A stretch of DNA of 64,000 nucleotides from Deltaproteobacteria bacterium (GTDB lineage Bacteria; Myxococcota_A; Polyangia; JAAYKL01), in assembly GCA_016935665.1 (NCBI GenBank), contig JAFGQN010000203.1:49237-113236 (forward strand), written 5' to 3'. This document shows positions 40,205-49,183 of this stretch, piece by piece. How positions within the stretch are numbered: the stretch's first letter is position 1; the number at the start of each line of letters is the position of its first letter. A program made the position numbers and the translations under genes. The notes beneath the pieces are model-generated. The model made no database searches. It was not told the origin of the DNA and saw nothing but the letters and a program-made list of their open reading frames with translations.

Positions 40205-40776
40205 TTTTCCACTCGAATCCTTTTTGACTCAGTCTTTTCGGACTGCCCAGTGAGTCGCCAAACACCTCGATTTTTAAGAGTTTTTAGTAATAACGCAAAA
40301 TTACAATTCAATAATTTCAACTGGTTGGAAGCATGTGGCAGGCAGATAATTTTTGGTATGATGTTCGCATTGGAAAATCCGCGTGGAGCGAATATCGATA
40401 TCCCACCTGCGATAGGAGTGCCACATTCCCAAATTCCTACCTTAGCCGGCGCTGGAACTTGTTATCGGCACCGGTCCATCTTTTTTCTGATGAATTTCAG
40501 TTGTTTGCATTGAAAGGCGACGGACGGCAAATTGGAGTTGCCCCGGGTATCTCACCCTGATAAAAAGCGTTTTTGACGGGATTGTCCCGAGTGGGTACCA
40601 GACTTTGAGTCGGCGCCTGCAGATATGAGTTCCAGGAAGTGGCCGTTTTTTTGACGCATTAATGATGACATCATGTCGTTTTCTTTTTTTATCTTTACAG
40701 AGGTCATCCGGTAGTGCAGTCAATATTATCTCGATTGCATATACCTGATTTTGATGCAGTAAAAGGAGAATGGTAG

Positions 40777-41088
40777 ATGAGTCCATATAACAGAAGCAGC
40801 AAGGAAGAAGAATATTTTGCCAAACAGGAAGCCGAAAAACTGCGCCAATCCGCATTGGAGCACGCTGCGGAAATGGCAGAAGAAGAAAAAAAACGCCAAA
40901 AAGAACTGCATTACATGAAATGTCCCAAATGCGGGATGGATATGAAAGAAATTGAATTTCGCAATGTTCACATTGACAAATGCTTCAGTTGTGGCGGATT
41001 GTACTTCGATGACGGCGAGCTGGAACAGGTGATCGCCGATGAGGGAGAAGATTCATTCCTTGGCCGGATCACCAGCTTCTTCAAATAA
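40777..41088 (+). CDS. Small protein with a TFIIB-type zinc ribbon (zf-TFIIB-like) after an N-terminal charged helix
   Basis: MKCPKCGMDMKEIEFRNVHIDKCFSCGGLYFDDGELEQV matches the C-P-x-C...V-x-I-D-x-C-x-x-C-x-G-x-W/Y-x-D-x-G-E-L pattern. AAAGGAGAATGG upstream. Confidence 0.55.
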   Translation: MSPYNRSSKEEEYFAKQEAEKLRQSALEHAAEMAEEEKKRQKELHYMKCPKCGMDMKEIEFRNVHIDKCFSCGGLYFDDGELEQVIADEGEDSFLGRITSFFK

Positions 41089-41101
41089 TTCCTGACTTTG
41101 A

Positions 41102-42187
41102 TTATTCAACTTCAATCTGAAACTGCGTGACGCAGTCGGTAAGGGGCCCTGCAAGACCTGACCAGCCCGCGTTTCCCTGCGCAACTTCCGGCCCCCGCAT
41201 CGTTGCTCCAATGGCAGCAAAGGTGACTGGGTCAATCTGGGTGAGGGTGGCATCGGAACTCATGATATACAGTCTGGCTGTGTTGTCTGTAAACAATGCC
41301 CCGCCCAGGGCATGTATTCCCCATGTGCCGCCGTTCCCCACCAAGACACCATTGCCGGCTTCGTAGTTGAACGCATAAATGTCTCCCGTATCGATTGCGA
41401 ATCCATCGTTGTCGGTGATTTCCCCCTGCGCATTTATCCCGGGCGCCAGATCGTCGATGTCGGCAACAGTGCCCGTGGACCAGTCACTGACGACGGAGTA
41501 ACTCAGGTCTTTCGATAGAAAATCTCCGGTGAAGCGAATAAGCCGGTTTCCAGCAGCGCTGGAGTCGTTCTCACCGGTGTCCATGGCGTACAGATAGCCA
41601 TCGCAGTCCGTATAAAGTGCCTCAATTTTAATACCATCGATCATCTCGCCCAGGGAGATGTAGGCCGCCTGCTCTCCATTTCGCGGTGGCTGTGCGATAT
41701 AATACAATTCCGTTACCTGGGTGTCCTTCACCAGTCTGGCGCCGACGAGCCCACCGTTCTTGAGCATTGTGAGGCTGTTTTGCCCCAGTCCCAGGCCTTC
41801 GATAGTGCTCGAATGGGTTTCGAGGAACGCGCCGGTAGCGGGATCGAGCACAACGTGAACGAGCAAGTTATCTACTGAATACCACAGCTCAGCGAACATT
41901 GGGGCGGCGGGTTCCGTGTCGCTGTCAGATGCGGTCCCGCTATCCTCGCTGCCGTCTGATTCGGTGCCAGACGCGGAATCGCTCCCGCTGTCTGTGCTCA
42001 TTCCTGGCGATGTCGCTGAATCCGAGTTCGAATCGGAGCCATTGGAATCCGTACCCAAATCTGAACCGGTATCCTGGGCACTGGTTTTGTTGGCATCTTT
42101 GCTATCGTCCGAACAGCTTGTGCAAAGAAAAAACAAAACGATAGAAATGGTGTTGATAGGCAATTGGCTGATATTGATGTGGCGCAT
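41102..42187 (-). CDS. Secreted lipoprotein with an acidic S/D/T-rich linker and an uncharacterised C-terminal domain
   Basis: AGGAGG 6 nt before the MRHINIS ATG. Signal with lipobox (FFLCTSCSDD). About 80 aa of SDSNSDSATS.. / DSGTASDSDTE low complexity. The track ORF extends 32 codons upstream with no signal peptide. Confidence 0.5.
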   Translation of the reverse strand: MRHINISQLPINTISIVLFFLCTSCSDDSKDANKTSAQDTGSDLGTDSNGSDSNSDSATSPGMSTDSGSDSASGTESDGSEDSGTASDSDTEPAAPMFAELWYSVDNLLVHVVLDPATGAFLETHSSTIEGLGLGQNSLTMLKNGGLVGARLVKDTQVTELYYIAQPPRNGEQAAYISLGEMIDGIKIEALYTDCDGYLYAMDTGENDSSAAGNRLIRFTGDFLSKDLSYSVVSDWSTGTVADIDDLAPGINAQGEITDNDGFAIDTGDIYAFNYEAGNGVLVGNGGTWGIHALGGALFTDNTARLYIMSSDATLTQIDPVTFAAIGATMRGPEVAQGNAGWSGLAGPLTDCVTQFQIEVE

Positions 42188-42524
42188 AGTACCTCCTTGC
42201 GACTGACACAGAGATACCTTTGTTATCGGAATCCCTGTGCGAACAATAGCACAGATTTTCAGGGAGCTGATCGGGGCAGGCATTTTTTTGTGGAAAACGT
42301 CAAAACAGACTGCCGTTTCATGGTGTCATTTTTTGTTTTTTGCAACTGAAATGGATATAACGATCCCACATGGTGCTGCAATGGTGGCCAATGTGGGATA
42401 ATTCACTACATTTATGCCAATTAGTTGCGAAGCCCCCTGCAAACGACGTAAAATCAATTTGCTTGCGTCGCCAGATTGAGGATGACGAAAAGTTTGAATT
42501 TTTTTACACCAGACTGCGAGATTT

Positions 42525-44888
42525 ATGAGTTCAAATCAGACATTTAAAATTCTTTTTCAAGAGAGCTGGAATGACAACGCTCTCGACGACGCGACCAGTG
42601 GTTCCAAAATTTTAAAATTTGATCCGGCAGCGATGCGGGGGGTAATGAATCTGTTGGTTGATGGGAAACCCCTGCCTGCGCATCCCGGCGAAGACTCTGT
42701 ATTTTTTTTAATGAGAGATTTACTGGCTGCCGGCGAACGGTTGACAACGGGGGACAGCAGCGCACGTGTCAGCTTTTACGAAACCCCCTACGAACTGGTT
42801 TTTCAGCGCAATGACGGGTTGGTGTATTTGACGTTTTATCGGGGAGGTCATTTTCCGGAGGTACTGGTCAAAGATCGTGTATTGAATTTTTCTGCATTTC
42901 TAAGAGGTATCGTCGAATCCGCAGGAAATCTGATTGCACAGGTTGCCAGAATCGATGCAGCAGTTGAAAGCAACCCTTTAATTCACTGGATGCAGGAGAC
43001 GGGAACGCGTCTGATTGAAGCAGCCAATCAACTTCCAAATGTGTTGGAAAAGAGAATTGGAATTCGTCGGGTGAAAGTGGAAAGTTCCCGATGGCACGAG
43101 CCCAGGAACCGAAACGGATTTTCATTTGGCTTTCGGTTTGTTGGCAGCAGCACGGATTTGCTCGCTCCGGGGAGACCCATTGGCAATGACTTGAATGCGC
43201 TGTTGTTTCGCGGACAATTAGTGGTCCACGCAAGGGCGCGGCGTCGCGTAATGGGCGAAGGATATCTCTTTTTACAGGCTGAGAAACTGTTGGCGGCATT
43301 GCGTAAGCTACTGAGTTCGTGGGAGGAAGGGCGCCCCATGTCGGTGCGTCTTATTGCCGAGGGATTATCAATTGGATTAAAACTGACAAGTGACGAAAAA
43401 TTAACGGTGTCGCTGGCGAATCAGGCCGATGATGATTCCCTCATTGTTTTAAATGATATTCATCCTCTCGAGTTCGCCGAAGCAGCACTGGGCGTTGCCC
43501 GGGAGATTCGCCGATACGTGATTCATCAATCTCAGAAGCAACGTAAAAACATGCGTATCGAAAGTTATTCCCGCGAAATCCGCCGACTTACATCAATGGC
43601 GCGAGAACATCAGCGGGAATCTGTGATCAACGAGAACACGGCAAGATATAAACAATCGCTGCACATGACAGCGCAGGACATTCCGCAGATTGGCATCAGT
43701 GAATCACGGGGAATGGTTTTTAAAGAACGCTGGCGTCTGGAAGCCGAAGGTCTGGATTTGGCAGGGACACTCGTTGTCGGTGATATTGGACTGATATCTG
43801 CCCGAGGTTCCATCCTTGGTATCGAACTGGAAACTGGTATGGTGCTGTGGCGCAGAGAGATTGATAGGGGTGACTATCGACTGCAGGCGGCGGGCAGAGA
43901 CGGCTTTGTTCGTGTTTCCCAAAGTGGTGTAGTGGATATGCTGGATGCCAGAACCGGAGTGCTTCGTTGGCGCAGCACACTGGCTCCCAGATCAGGGGGC
44001 GCTCCTGTTGTTTTAATTGAAGAGGGCGGTCCATTTCCGGCAACCATCATCGTCGCCGAGGAAGACCGCAATCTCGTTGCGCTTGACATGCGCACAGGTG
44101 AAGTAAAATGGCGGTTTGCCGTAATGCGCGGGGGACGATTCTCTCTTCGCAAGCATGGTCGGCTGCTGTATGTGTCCAGTGGTGACACCCAGTTTTCTGC
44201 CATCGATATGGAAGATGGCAATCTGGTATGGAGTCATATCGATAAAATCAGATATTTCCTGCCACCGGCAGTGCTGGACGATCAGGTTTTTGAAGCCGGT
44301 GGGCGCATTGGAAAAAGCGAAGGTCGGCTATTTGGATTTGATGCATTCAGTGGCAGGAAAAACTGGGCGGTGTCATTGAATGGTGGCGCACTTACAGCCC
44401 CCATTGCAACCGATGGCGTTGTGCTGCTTCCTGTGGCCACCAAAAGAAAAAATGATTTGGTGGCTTTTCGCGCATCAGACGGAGAGATGCTCTGGCGCAA
44501 ACCCTGTGATAGCTGGGCGGATTCCTGTTCCCTTTTTGCCCTGGACGATAAATTCATTATCAACCTGGCTGGAGGTACTGTTCGTGCGTTGAATGCACAA
44601 ACGGGCGAAGATGAATGGTCTACTGTTTTGGGACCAACATGTTCAGATGATATTCCACTGGGACTCGGTGTATATTTGAGAGGGGGCGCCTTATTTGTCC
44701 CCGCTGACACGATTTACGTTGTCAATCCAATCACCGGAGAAATCGTCCATTCACTTGGTGGTGATCCCCCGGTACCAGATCTGTTGCAGGTGAATCCGGA
44801 TTGTTCGATATTTGTTGCCGAAGAAAGTGGCCATATCGGCATGTACGAAATCTCGCGCAGTTTCACAGTTGTCACTGGCGGCGCATAA
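42525..44888 (+). CDS. Large cytoplasmic(?) protein: unique ~400-aa N-terminal region + C-terminal PQQ-like beta-propeller repeats
   Basis: 787 aa with no signal peptide. The C-terminal ~380 aa carry repeated G-x-[VL]-x-W-[RS] blade motifs (GMVLWRREI, GVLRWRST, GEVKWRFAV, GNLVWSHID, GEMLWRKP, GEDEWSTVLG) typical of PQQ / BamB-like propellers. Confidence 0.55.
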   Translation: MSSNQTFKILFQESWNDNALDDATSGSKILKFDPAAMRGVMNLLVDGKPLPAHPGEDSVFFLMRDLLAAGERLTTGDSSARVSFYETPYELVFQRNDGLVYLTFYRGGHFPEVLVKDRVLNFSAFLRGIVESAGNLIAQVARIDAAVESNPLIHWMQETGTRLIEAANQLPNVLEKRIGIRRVKVESSRWHEPRNRNGFSFGFRFVGSSTDLLAPGRPIGNDLNALLFRGQLVVHARARRRVMGEGYLFLQAEKLLAALRKLLSSWEEGRPMSVRLIAEGLSIGLKLTSDEKLTVSLANQADDDSLIVLNDIHPLEFAEAALGVAREIRRYVIHQSQKQRKNMRIESYSREIRRLTSMAREHQRESVINENTARYKQSLHMTAQDIPQIGISESRGMVFKERWRLEAEGLDLAGTLVVGDIGLISARGSILGIELETGMVLWRREIDRGDYRLQAAGRDGFVRVSQSGVVDMLDARTGVLRWRSTLAPRSGGAPVVLIEEGGPFPATIIVAEEDRNLVALDMRTGEVKWRFAVMRGGRFSLRKHGRLLYVSSGDTQFSAIDMEDGNLVWSHIDKIRYFLPPAVLDDQVFEAGGRIGKSEGRLFGFDAFSGRKNWAVSLNGGALTAPIATDGVVLLPVATKRKNDLVAFRASDGEMLWRKPCDSWADSCSLFALDDKFIINLAGGTVRALNAQTGEDEWSTVLGPTCSDDIPLGLGVYLRGGALFVPADTIYVVNPITGEIVHSLGGDPPVPDLLQVNPDCSIFVAEESGHIGMYEISRSFTVVTGGA

Positions 44889-44909
44889 TTTGAAATTGAG
44901 AGTGATACG

Positions 44910-46418
44910 ATGAAAGCAAACGACGCATATCAATGGTTGGTTCAACACCAAACAGATACGGCATATCTGTTTTCCACAGCAGAGCTGGCGGCGTGGGATC
45001 AGCGCACATATATCCCTGCCCAGGGGCATGCGCATCGCAGTAAACAAATCGAAACGCTGGCCAGGCTGATGCATCAGCGAGGAACCGACCCGCAAATTAA
45101 TGATCGTCTGCAGGAGGTGGAAAGCAGCGCGTTCCTGCACGAGGCTTCGCCAAAGGTTCGCGCCAACATTCGAATGTGGCGCAGAGACTATGACCGGCAG
45201 GTGAAAATCCCGGAAAAGCTGGCTTCTGAAATAGCAGGCGCTTCATCAGCAGGTGAATCGGTTTGGGAATCCGCGATGCAGGAGAACGATTGGGATTCTT
45301 TTTTTCCCCATCTGGAAAAATTACTCTCGTTAAGCAGGGAAAAAGCAGAGTGTTTAGGATATGCCAACGAACCGTACGACGCGCTGCTCGATGAATATGA
45401 GATGGGGCTGACCGCAACTTTCCTAAGCAGTATGTTTGAAGAATTGCAGCATCCACTGGTGGCGCTGCTTCGAAAAATTCAGGACAGTGCTGTTAAACCA
45501 AAGCATTCTGTTCTGCACGGCGATTTTCCGGTGTCAAAGCAAAAACAAGTATGCGTGTCACTGGTTGAAGCAATTGGTTACTCCCTTAAAAGCGGTCGGA
45601 TTGATGAAAGCATGCATCCTTTTTCCGTTGGAATTGGCCCTGGGGATTCACGAATAACCACTCGATACAACCCGGAGTATCTCGGAAGCGGCATATTCGG
45701 GTGCCTTCACGAAGCTGGACACTCTTTGTACGAATTGGGGCTGCCCAAAGCCCATTTTGGCACACCTGCAGGCATCTTTGCATCCATTGGCGTGCATGAA
45801 TCTCAGTCCCGTTTGTGGGAAAATCAAGTCGGACGCTCGCTCGCCTTTTGGAAATTTGCACGGCCCGTTTTAGACGACGCTTTTTCATCGGTGGCAAACG
45901 CGTCGATGGATGACCTGGTGCTCTCTGTCAATGAAGTAAAACCGGGGCTTATTCGCGTTGAAGCGGATGAAGTCACCTACAATCTTCATGTCATGCTGCG
46001 GTTCGAACTGGAAAGGGCGTTGTTCAAACGAGAAATAGATCCCGCGGAATTGCCGGAGGTCTGGTCGACAAAAATGGAGCAGTTGCTGGGCATTCGACCA
46101 CTGACTGTCAAAGAAGGCGCCATGCAGGATGTTCATTGGTCTGCGGGCATGTTTGGCTATTTTCCAACCTACAGTCTTGGCAATCTGTATGCCGCTCAAC
46201 TCTTTGCCGCTGCGAACCGCGATCTGGGTGATTTGGACGAGCAGTTTGGCAAAGGCGAGTTCTCAGAGCTCCTTGGCTGGTTGCGACAAAAAGTGCATCA
46301 GAAGGGCCAATGCCTGTCTCCCATCGAATTGATACGGAATGCCACAGGAGAGCTGCCGACGTCGAAGTATTTCCTCGAATACTGCCAGACCAAGTACTCC
46401 AAATTGTATCAACTTTAA
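44910..46418 (+). CDS. M32 family metallocarboxypeptidase (carboxypeptidase Taq-like)
   Basis: HEAGHSLYE zinc-binding motif plus IGPGDSRITTRY (the DxRxT M32 signature) and GxxQDxHW (GAMQDVHWSAGMFGYFPTYSLG). Confidence 0.8.
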   Translation: MKANDAYQWLVQHQTDTAYLFSTAELAAWDQRTYIPAQGHAHRSKQIETLARLMHQRGTDPQINDRLQEVESSAFLHEASPKVRANIRMWRRDYDRQVKIPEKLASEIAGASSAGESVWESAMQENDWDSFFPHLEKLLSLSREKAECLGYANEPYDALLDEYEMGLTATFLSSMFEELQHPLVALLRKIQDSAVKPKHSVLHGDFPVSKQKQVCVSLVEAIGYSLKSGRIDESMHPFSVGIGPGDSRITTRYNPEYLGSGIFGCLHEAGHSLYELGLPKAHFGTPAGIFASIGVHESQSRLWENQVGRSLAFWKFARPVLDDAFSSVANASMDDLVLSVNEVKPGLIRVEADEVTYNLHVMLRFELERALFKREIDPAELPEVWSTKMEQLLGIRPLTVKEGAMQDVHWSAGMFGYFPTYSLGNLYAAQLFAAANRDLGDLDEQFGKGEFSELLGWLRQKVHQKGQCLSPIELIRNATGELPTSKYFLEYCQTKYSKLYQL

Positions 46419-46470
46419 AACAACAACGAAAACAACAACGAAATGGGGTCGATTCACGTGGACCAGACGC

Positions 46471-47181
46471 TCAGATGGGCAATCGAACGGGGACTTTTCT
46501 GGAGATTTTGCACCCATACAGAGAATGCTCAACGGACCACGAAATGATTTCCACTCCAAATTCCGATGCAGACAAAAGCGTTTCACTGTAAATCGGATCT
46601 ATCTGGACAGCAGGAGAAACAAACTGGCAGTCATTCCGGTTTACCAGAAAAAACATTACCGCGCGATGTCCCTCTTTCACCATGTCCGATAGTTCCCGCA
46701 AATGTTTGGCGCCCCGGGTGGTGACAGCATCGGGAAAGTATGCGCCGGCGCCTTTTTTGTATGTCACGTTTTTCACTTCCACATAGCAGCGCTTATTCCT
46801 GGATTCCAATAACAGATCAATGCGGGAACCTGTGCCATACGTCACCTCTCTTCGGATGGTGTCATACCCCTGCAGCTCCGGAATCTGTCCAGCGGCAATG
46901 GAGGTTTCCACAATATGATTGCTGAATGACGTATTCACGCCCACCCAGGTTCCTTCAGACTGCACCAGTTCCAGGGTCCATTTCAACTTTCGTTTGGGAG
47001 ACGGATGGTAGGACACCGCCACGGGTGAACCGGGAGTTTTCGTACTGAGCATAGATCCCGTGTTGGGCAAATGGGCGGTGATTTCCTCGCCTGAGTCCAA
47101 ATGAATATCGGCGAGGAAACGTTTGTATCGTTTAATGAGTTTACCAGTCGTCAGTCGTTCGGTATATTGAACCACAACCAC
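46471..47181 (-). CDS. sfsA: Sugar fermentation stimulation protein A homologue
   Basis: N-terminus YKRFLADIHLDSGEEITAHLPNTGSM and overall collinearity with SfsA. 236 aa. Confidence 0.8.
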   Translation of the reverse strand: MVVVQYTERLTTGKLIKRYKRFLADIHLDSGEEITAHLPNTGSMLSTKTPGSPVAVSYHPSPKRKLKWTLELVQSEGTWVGVNTSFSNHIVETSIAAGQIPELQGYDTIRREVTYGTGSRIDLLLESRNKRCYVEVKNVTYKKGAGAYFPDAVTTRGAKHLRELSDMVKEGHRAVMFFLVNRNDCQFVSPAVQIDPIYSETLLSASEFGVEIISWSVEHSLYGCKISRKVPVRLPI

Positions 47182-47383
47182 CTGCCATTGCTGTTATACT
47201 GTGCGGTTTCTCGTTACGTTTAAACTTCATTTTCTTTGTACTGTCAAATGGTACTGGTCGATTTTAGCGACCACAATTGTTTCATTTGGGATACCCACCG
47301 CATGTGAAGGGCTTCACAAAGTTCATTCAAAATTGTAGTTTCAACTTGTTGTCCTTCGATATTATAGGTATTAAAGGCTCATT

Positions 47384-48628
47384 ATGGAAAAGATCAAAAC
47401 GGATGTGACTGTTCTTCATATTGAAAGTGATGCTGACAACCGGCGTCTGGTTCATGAAATACTTTCGAACAACGGTATTAATGTAGTTGAAGCGAGCAAT
47501 GGTATTGATGGCATCCATAAGGCGTTATCCACTTCGCCCGATGTTATTTTGCTGGACATCGCTCTGCCGGATTTGGATGGTTATGAAGTCACCCTGAAAA
47601 TACGAGGCGACGAGCGCGGAAAAAAAGTACCCATCGTGGCGTTGTCTACTCAGAATGATAAAAAAATGATTCAGGCTGTGGGCTGTGATGGATTGATCGT
47701 TAAACCCATTGAAATTTCAAAGCTTCCCGAACAGATTCGCGCGTTTGCCAAAGCCGGCAGACCGACTGTGCAGATTCGAAGCGATGCAGATAGAGATGAC
47801 GAAAGTGGATTGCTGCTGCTTCAGGGACATAAGTTGGCAGACAAGCTTCAAAAGAAGGTGGAGGAGCTCGAACGCGCCAACCGCGCATTGCTGGAATCGG
47901 AAAAGATCCGAACCGATTTCTATCGAAATTTATCCCATGAATTATCGACCCCCTTGACCCCGGCTGTTGGATACCTGAACATGCTCCTTAACGAGGATTT
48001 GGGCGAACTGACCCCGTTGCAACGCAAAGCCATCGAATCCATTGGACGAGGTGTCACCAAAGTGCGCTCCATGGTCGAAAATCTGCTCGATGTTACCGCT
48101 CTTTCCACCGGAAAGATGTCCTTTTTTTCCAGGGAGTACGATTTTAACATGCAGGCGCGAGAGGCATTGAAGCTCTGCTCGGAACAGTTTCGTGAAAGAG
48201 GGATTCGTGTGGATTCCTCCATTCCCAAATCGCAGTTTGTCGGCATTGGCGATTCGGAGAAACTGCGACGAGCGATGGTTCAATTGCTTGAAAATGCTGT
48301 AAAATTCTGCAAACCCGACGGTCAGGTCCATATATGTACGCGTCGCACCGCCGACAGATTTATGTACCTGGTTTATGATTCAGGGTCCGGAATTCCGGAG
48401 CAGGAACTTCAGGCCATTTTCAAAACATTTTATCAAATCGATGGCTCACCCACCCGCGAGCATGGTGGCACAGGACTGGGTCTGGCGCTGGCACGAAAGA
48501 TCATTGAACGATTTGGCGGAGAGATATGGGCAGAGTCTCCCCCAAAGGAACACGCCATTGGATTTGAATGGGCACAAACGATGGTTGGGTTGTGGGTTCC
48601 GGTGCAGGTTTCGGTAGCAAACGTATAA
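47384..48628 (+). CDS. Hybrid sensor kinase with the receiver first (REC - HisKA - HATPase_c)
   Basis: REC with acidic pocket and Asp (DVILLDIALPDLDGYEV). H-box SHELSTPLTP. G-boxes SGSGIPEQE...GGTGLGLALA. Confidence 0.8.
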   Translation: MEKIKTDVTVLHIESDADNRRLVHEILSNNGINVVEASNGIDGIHKALSTSPDVILLDIALPDLDGYEVTLKIRGDERGKKVPIVALSTQNDKKMIQAVGCDGLIVKPIEISKLPEQIRAFAKAGRPTVQIRSDADRDDESGLLLLQGHKLADKLQKKVEELERANRALLESEKIRTDFYRNLSHELSTPLTPAVGYLNMLLNEDLGELTPLQRKAIESIGRGVTKVRSMVENLLDVTALSTGKMSFFSREYDFNMQAREALKLCSEQFRERGIRVDSSIPKSQFVGIGDSEKLRRAMVQLLENAVKFCKPDGQVHICTRRTADRFMYLVYDSGSGIPEQELQAIFKTFYQIDGSPTREHGGTGLGLALARKIIERFGGEIWAESPPKEHAIGFEWAQTMVGLWVPVQVSVANV

Positions 48629-48631
48629 AAG

Positions 48632-48640
48632 TTATCCACA
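48632..48640 (+). promoter_or_regulatory. Perfect DnaA box TTATCCACA (box 1)
   Basis: Exact 9-mer match, 4 bp after the stop of the upstream kinase gene. Confidence 0.6.
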
Positions 48641-48745
48641 GGCCAGCGTTGTTTTTCTTGATAACGCATCCGAATTTTACCGGTTAAACAATTGAAATTA
48701 TTGAGTTTTGAATAGAGTATGCCATTGTGACGGAATTCACAATAG

Positions 48746-48775
48746 TTTATCCACAGGTTTTCCACAGTTGTCCAT
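48746..48775 (+). promoter_or_regulatory. Perfect DnaA box TTATCCACA (box 2), immediately followed by two degenerate boxes TTTTCCACA and TTGTCCATA
   Basis: 48746..48754 perfect; 48757..48765 one mismatch; 48767..48775 two mismatches. All in the same orientation. Confidence 0.6.
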
Positions 48776-48807
48776 AAGTGAAAAAAAAATGGAAATTTTG
48801 CTCCGTG

Positions 48808-48838
48808 GTTCCCACATTTTCTCCCCAGTTTATCCACA
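48808..48838 (+). promoter_or_regulatory. Degenerate DnaA box GTTCCCACA and perfect DnaA box TTATCCACA (box 3)
   Basis: 48808..48816 two mismatches; 48830..48838 perfect; same orientation as boxes 1 and 2. An AT-rich tract (A9TGGAAATTTTG) lies at 48781..48800, and the region 48660..48745 is AT-rich. Confidence 0.6.
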
Positions 48839-48844
48839 AAAAAA

Positions 48845-48947
48845 ACGGCGAACTCGCGATTTGGGGGCTGTTGTTTGCGAATTCGCCGTTGGTAAATTGA
48901 AGGCGACGAACTCGAATCGGGGGGCTGTTGTTATCGAGCTCGCCGCC
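48845..48947. repeat. Two tandem imperfect palindromes / hairpins with a conserved loop GGGGGCTGTTGTT (candidate sRNA or paired protein-binding sites)
   Basis: Hairpin 1 at 48845..48889: arms ACGGCGAACTCGC / GCGAATTCGCCGT, 19-nt loop. Hairpin 2 at 48902..48947: arms GGCGACGAACTCGA / TCGAGCTCGCCGCC, 18-nt loop. Stem differences between the two copies are compensatory. Confidence 0.5.
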
Positions 48948-49183
48948 AAAAACTGGTTGGAATCAAATGCAACAGATGTGCCATATGTTACAAAGGGGAC
49001 TGCACCGCAAAAAATCCTGTATATTCAAATTGTACCGAATTTTAATACCCAATGCGTTTTTATCCGTGCTAAAAGGGATGTTTCAGACCTGAAACGATGG
49101 CTTGCAAAAGGTTAATTTTTGACATGTTGGCGAAATCGTTCAAATTATGTGAATGGTAACTCAACAGAAAGCAGTAACTTTTA

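Noticed and set aside
40205-40776. Long (572 bp) intergenic region after trxB, with small hairpins GAGTG-N6-CACTC (40199..40214) and GACTCA-N19-TGAGTC (40231..40260)
   Set aside because: These are probably a weak terminator after trxB. I could not recognise any ncRNA family (6S, RNase P, SRP, tRNA). It is left unassigned rather than called.
46419-46444. Direct 13-bp repeat AACAACAACGAAA x2 between the convergent carboxypeptidase and sfsA genes
   Set aside because: Short, in a convergent 3' junction, and likely trivial slippage. No functional inference is possible.
48858-48935. GGGGCTG... motif briefly reminiscent of a tmRNA 5' end
   Set aside because: It occurs twice as hairpin loops and there is no tRNA-like acceptor/T-arm (no GGTTCGA...CCA 3' end), so it is not tmRNA.
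48708-49115. 135-aa ORF across the DnaA-box / hairpin intergenic region
   Set aside because: The translation is repeat-derived (GAVVCEFAVGK / GAVVIELAAK come from the two hairpins), with no RBS. The region is better explained as non-coding regulatory DNA.
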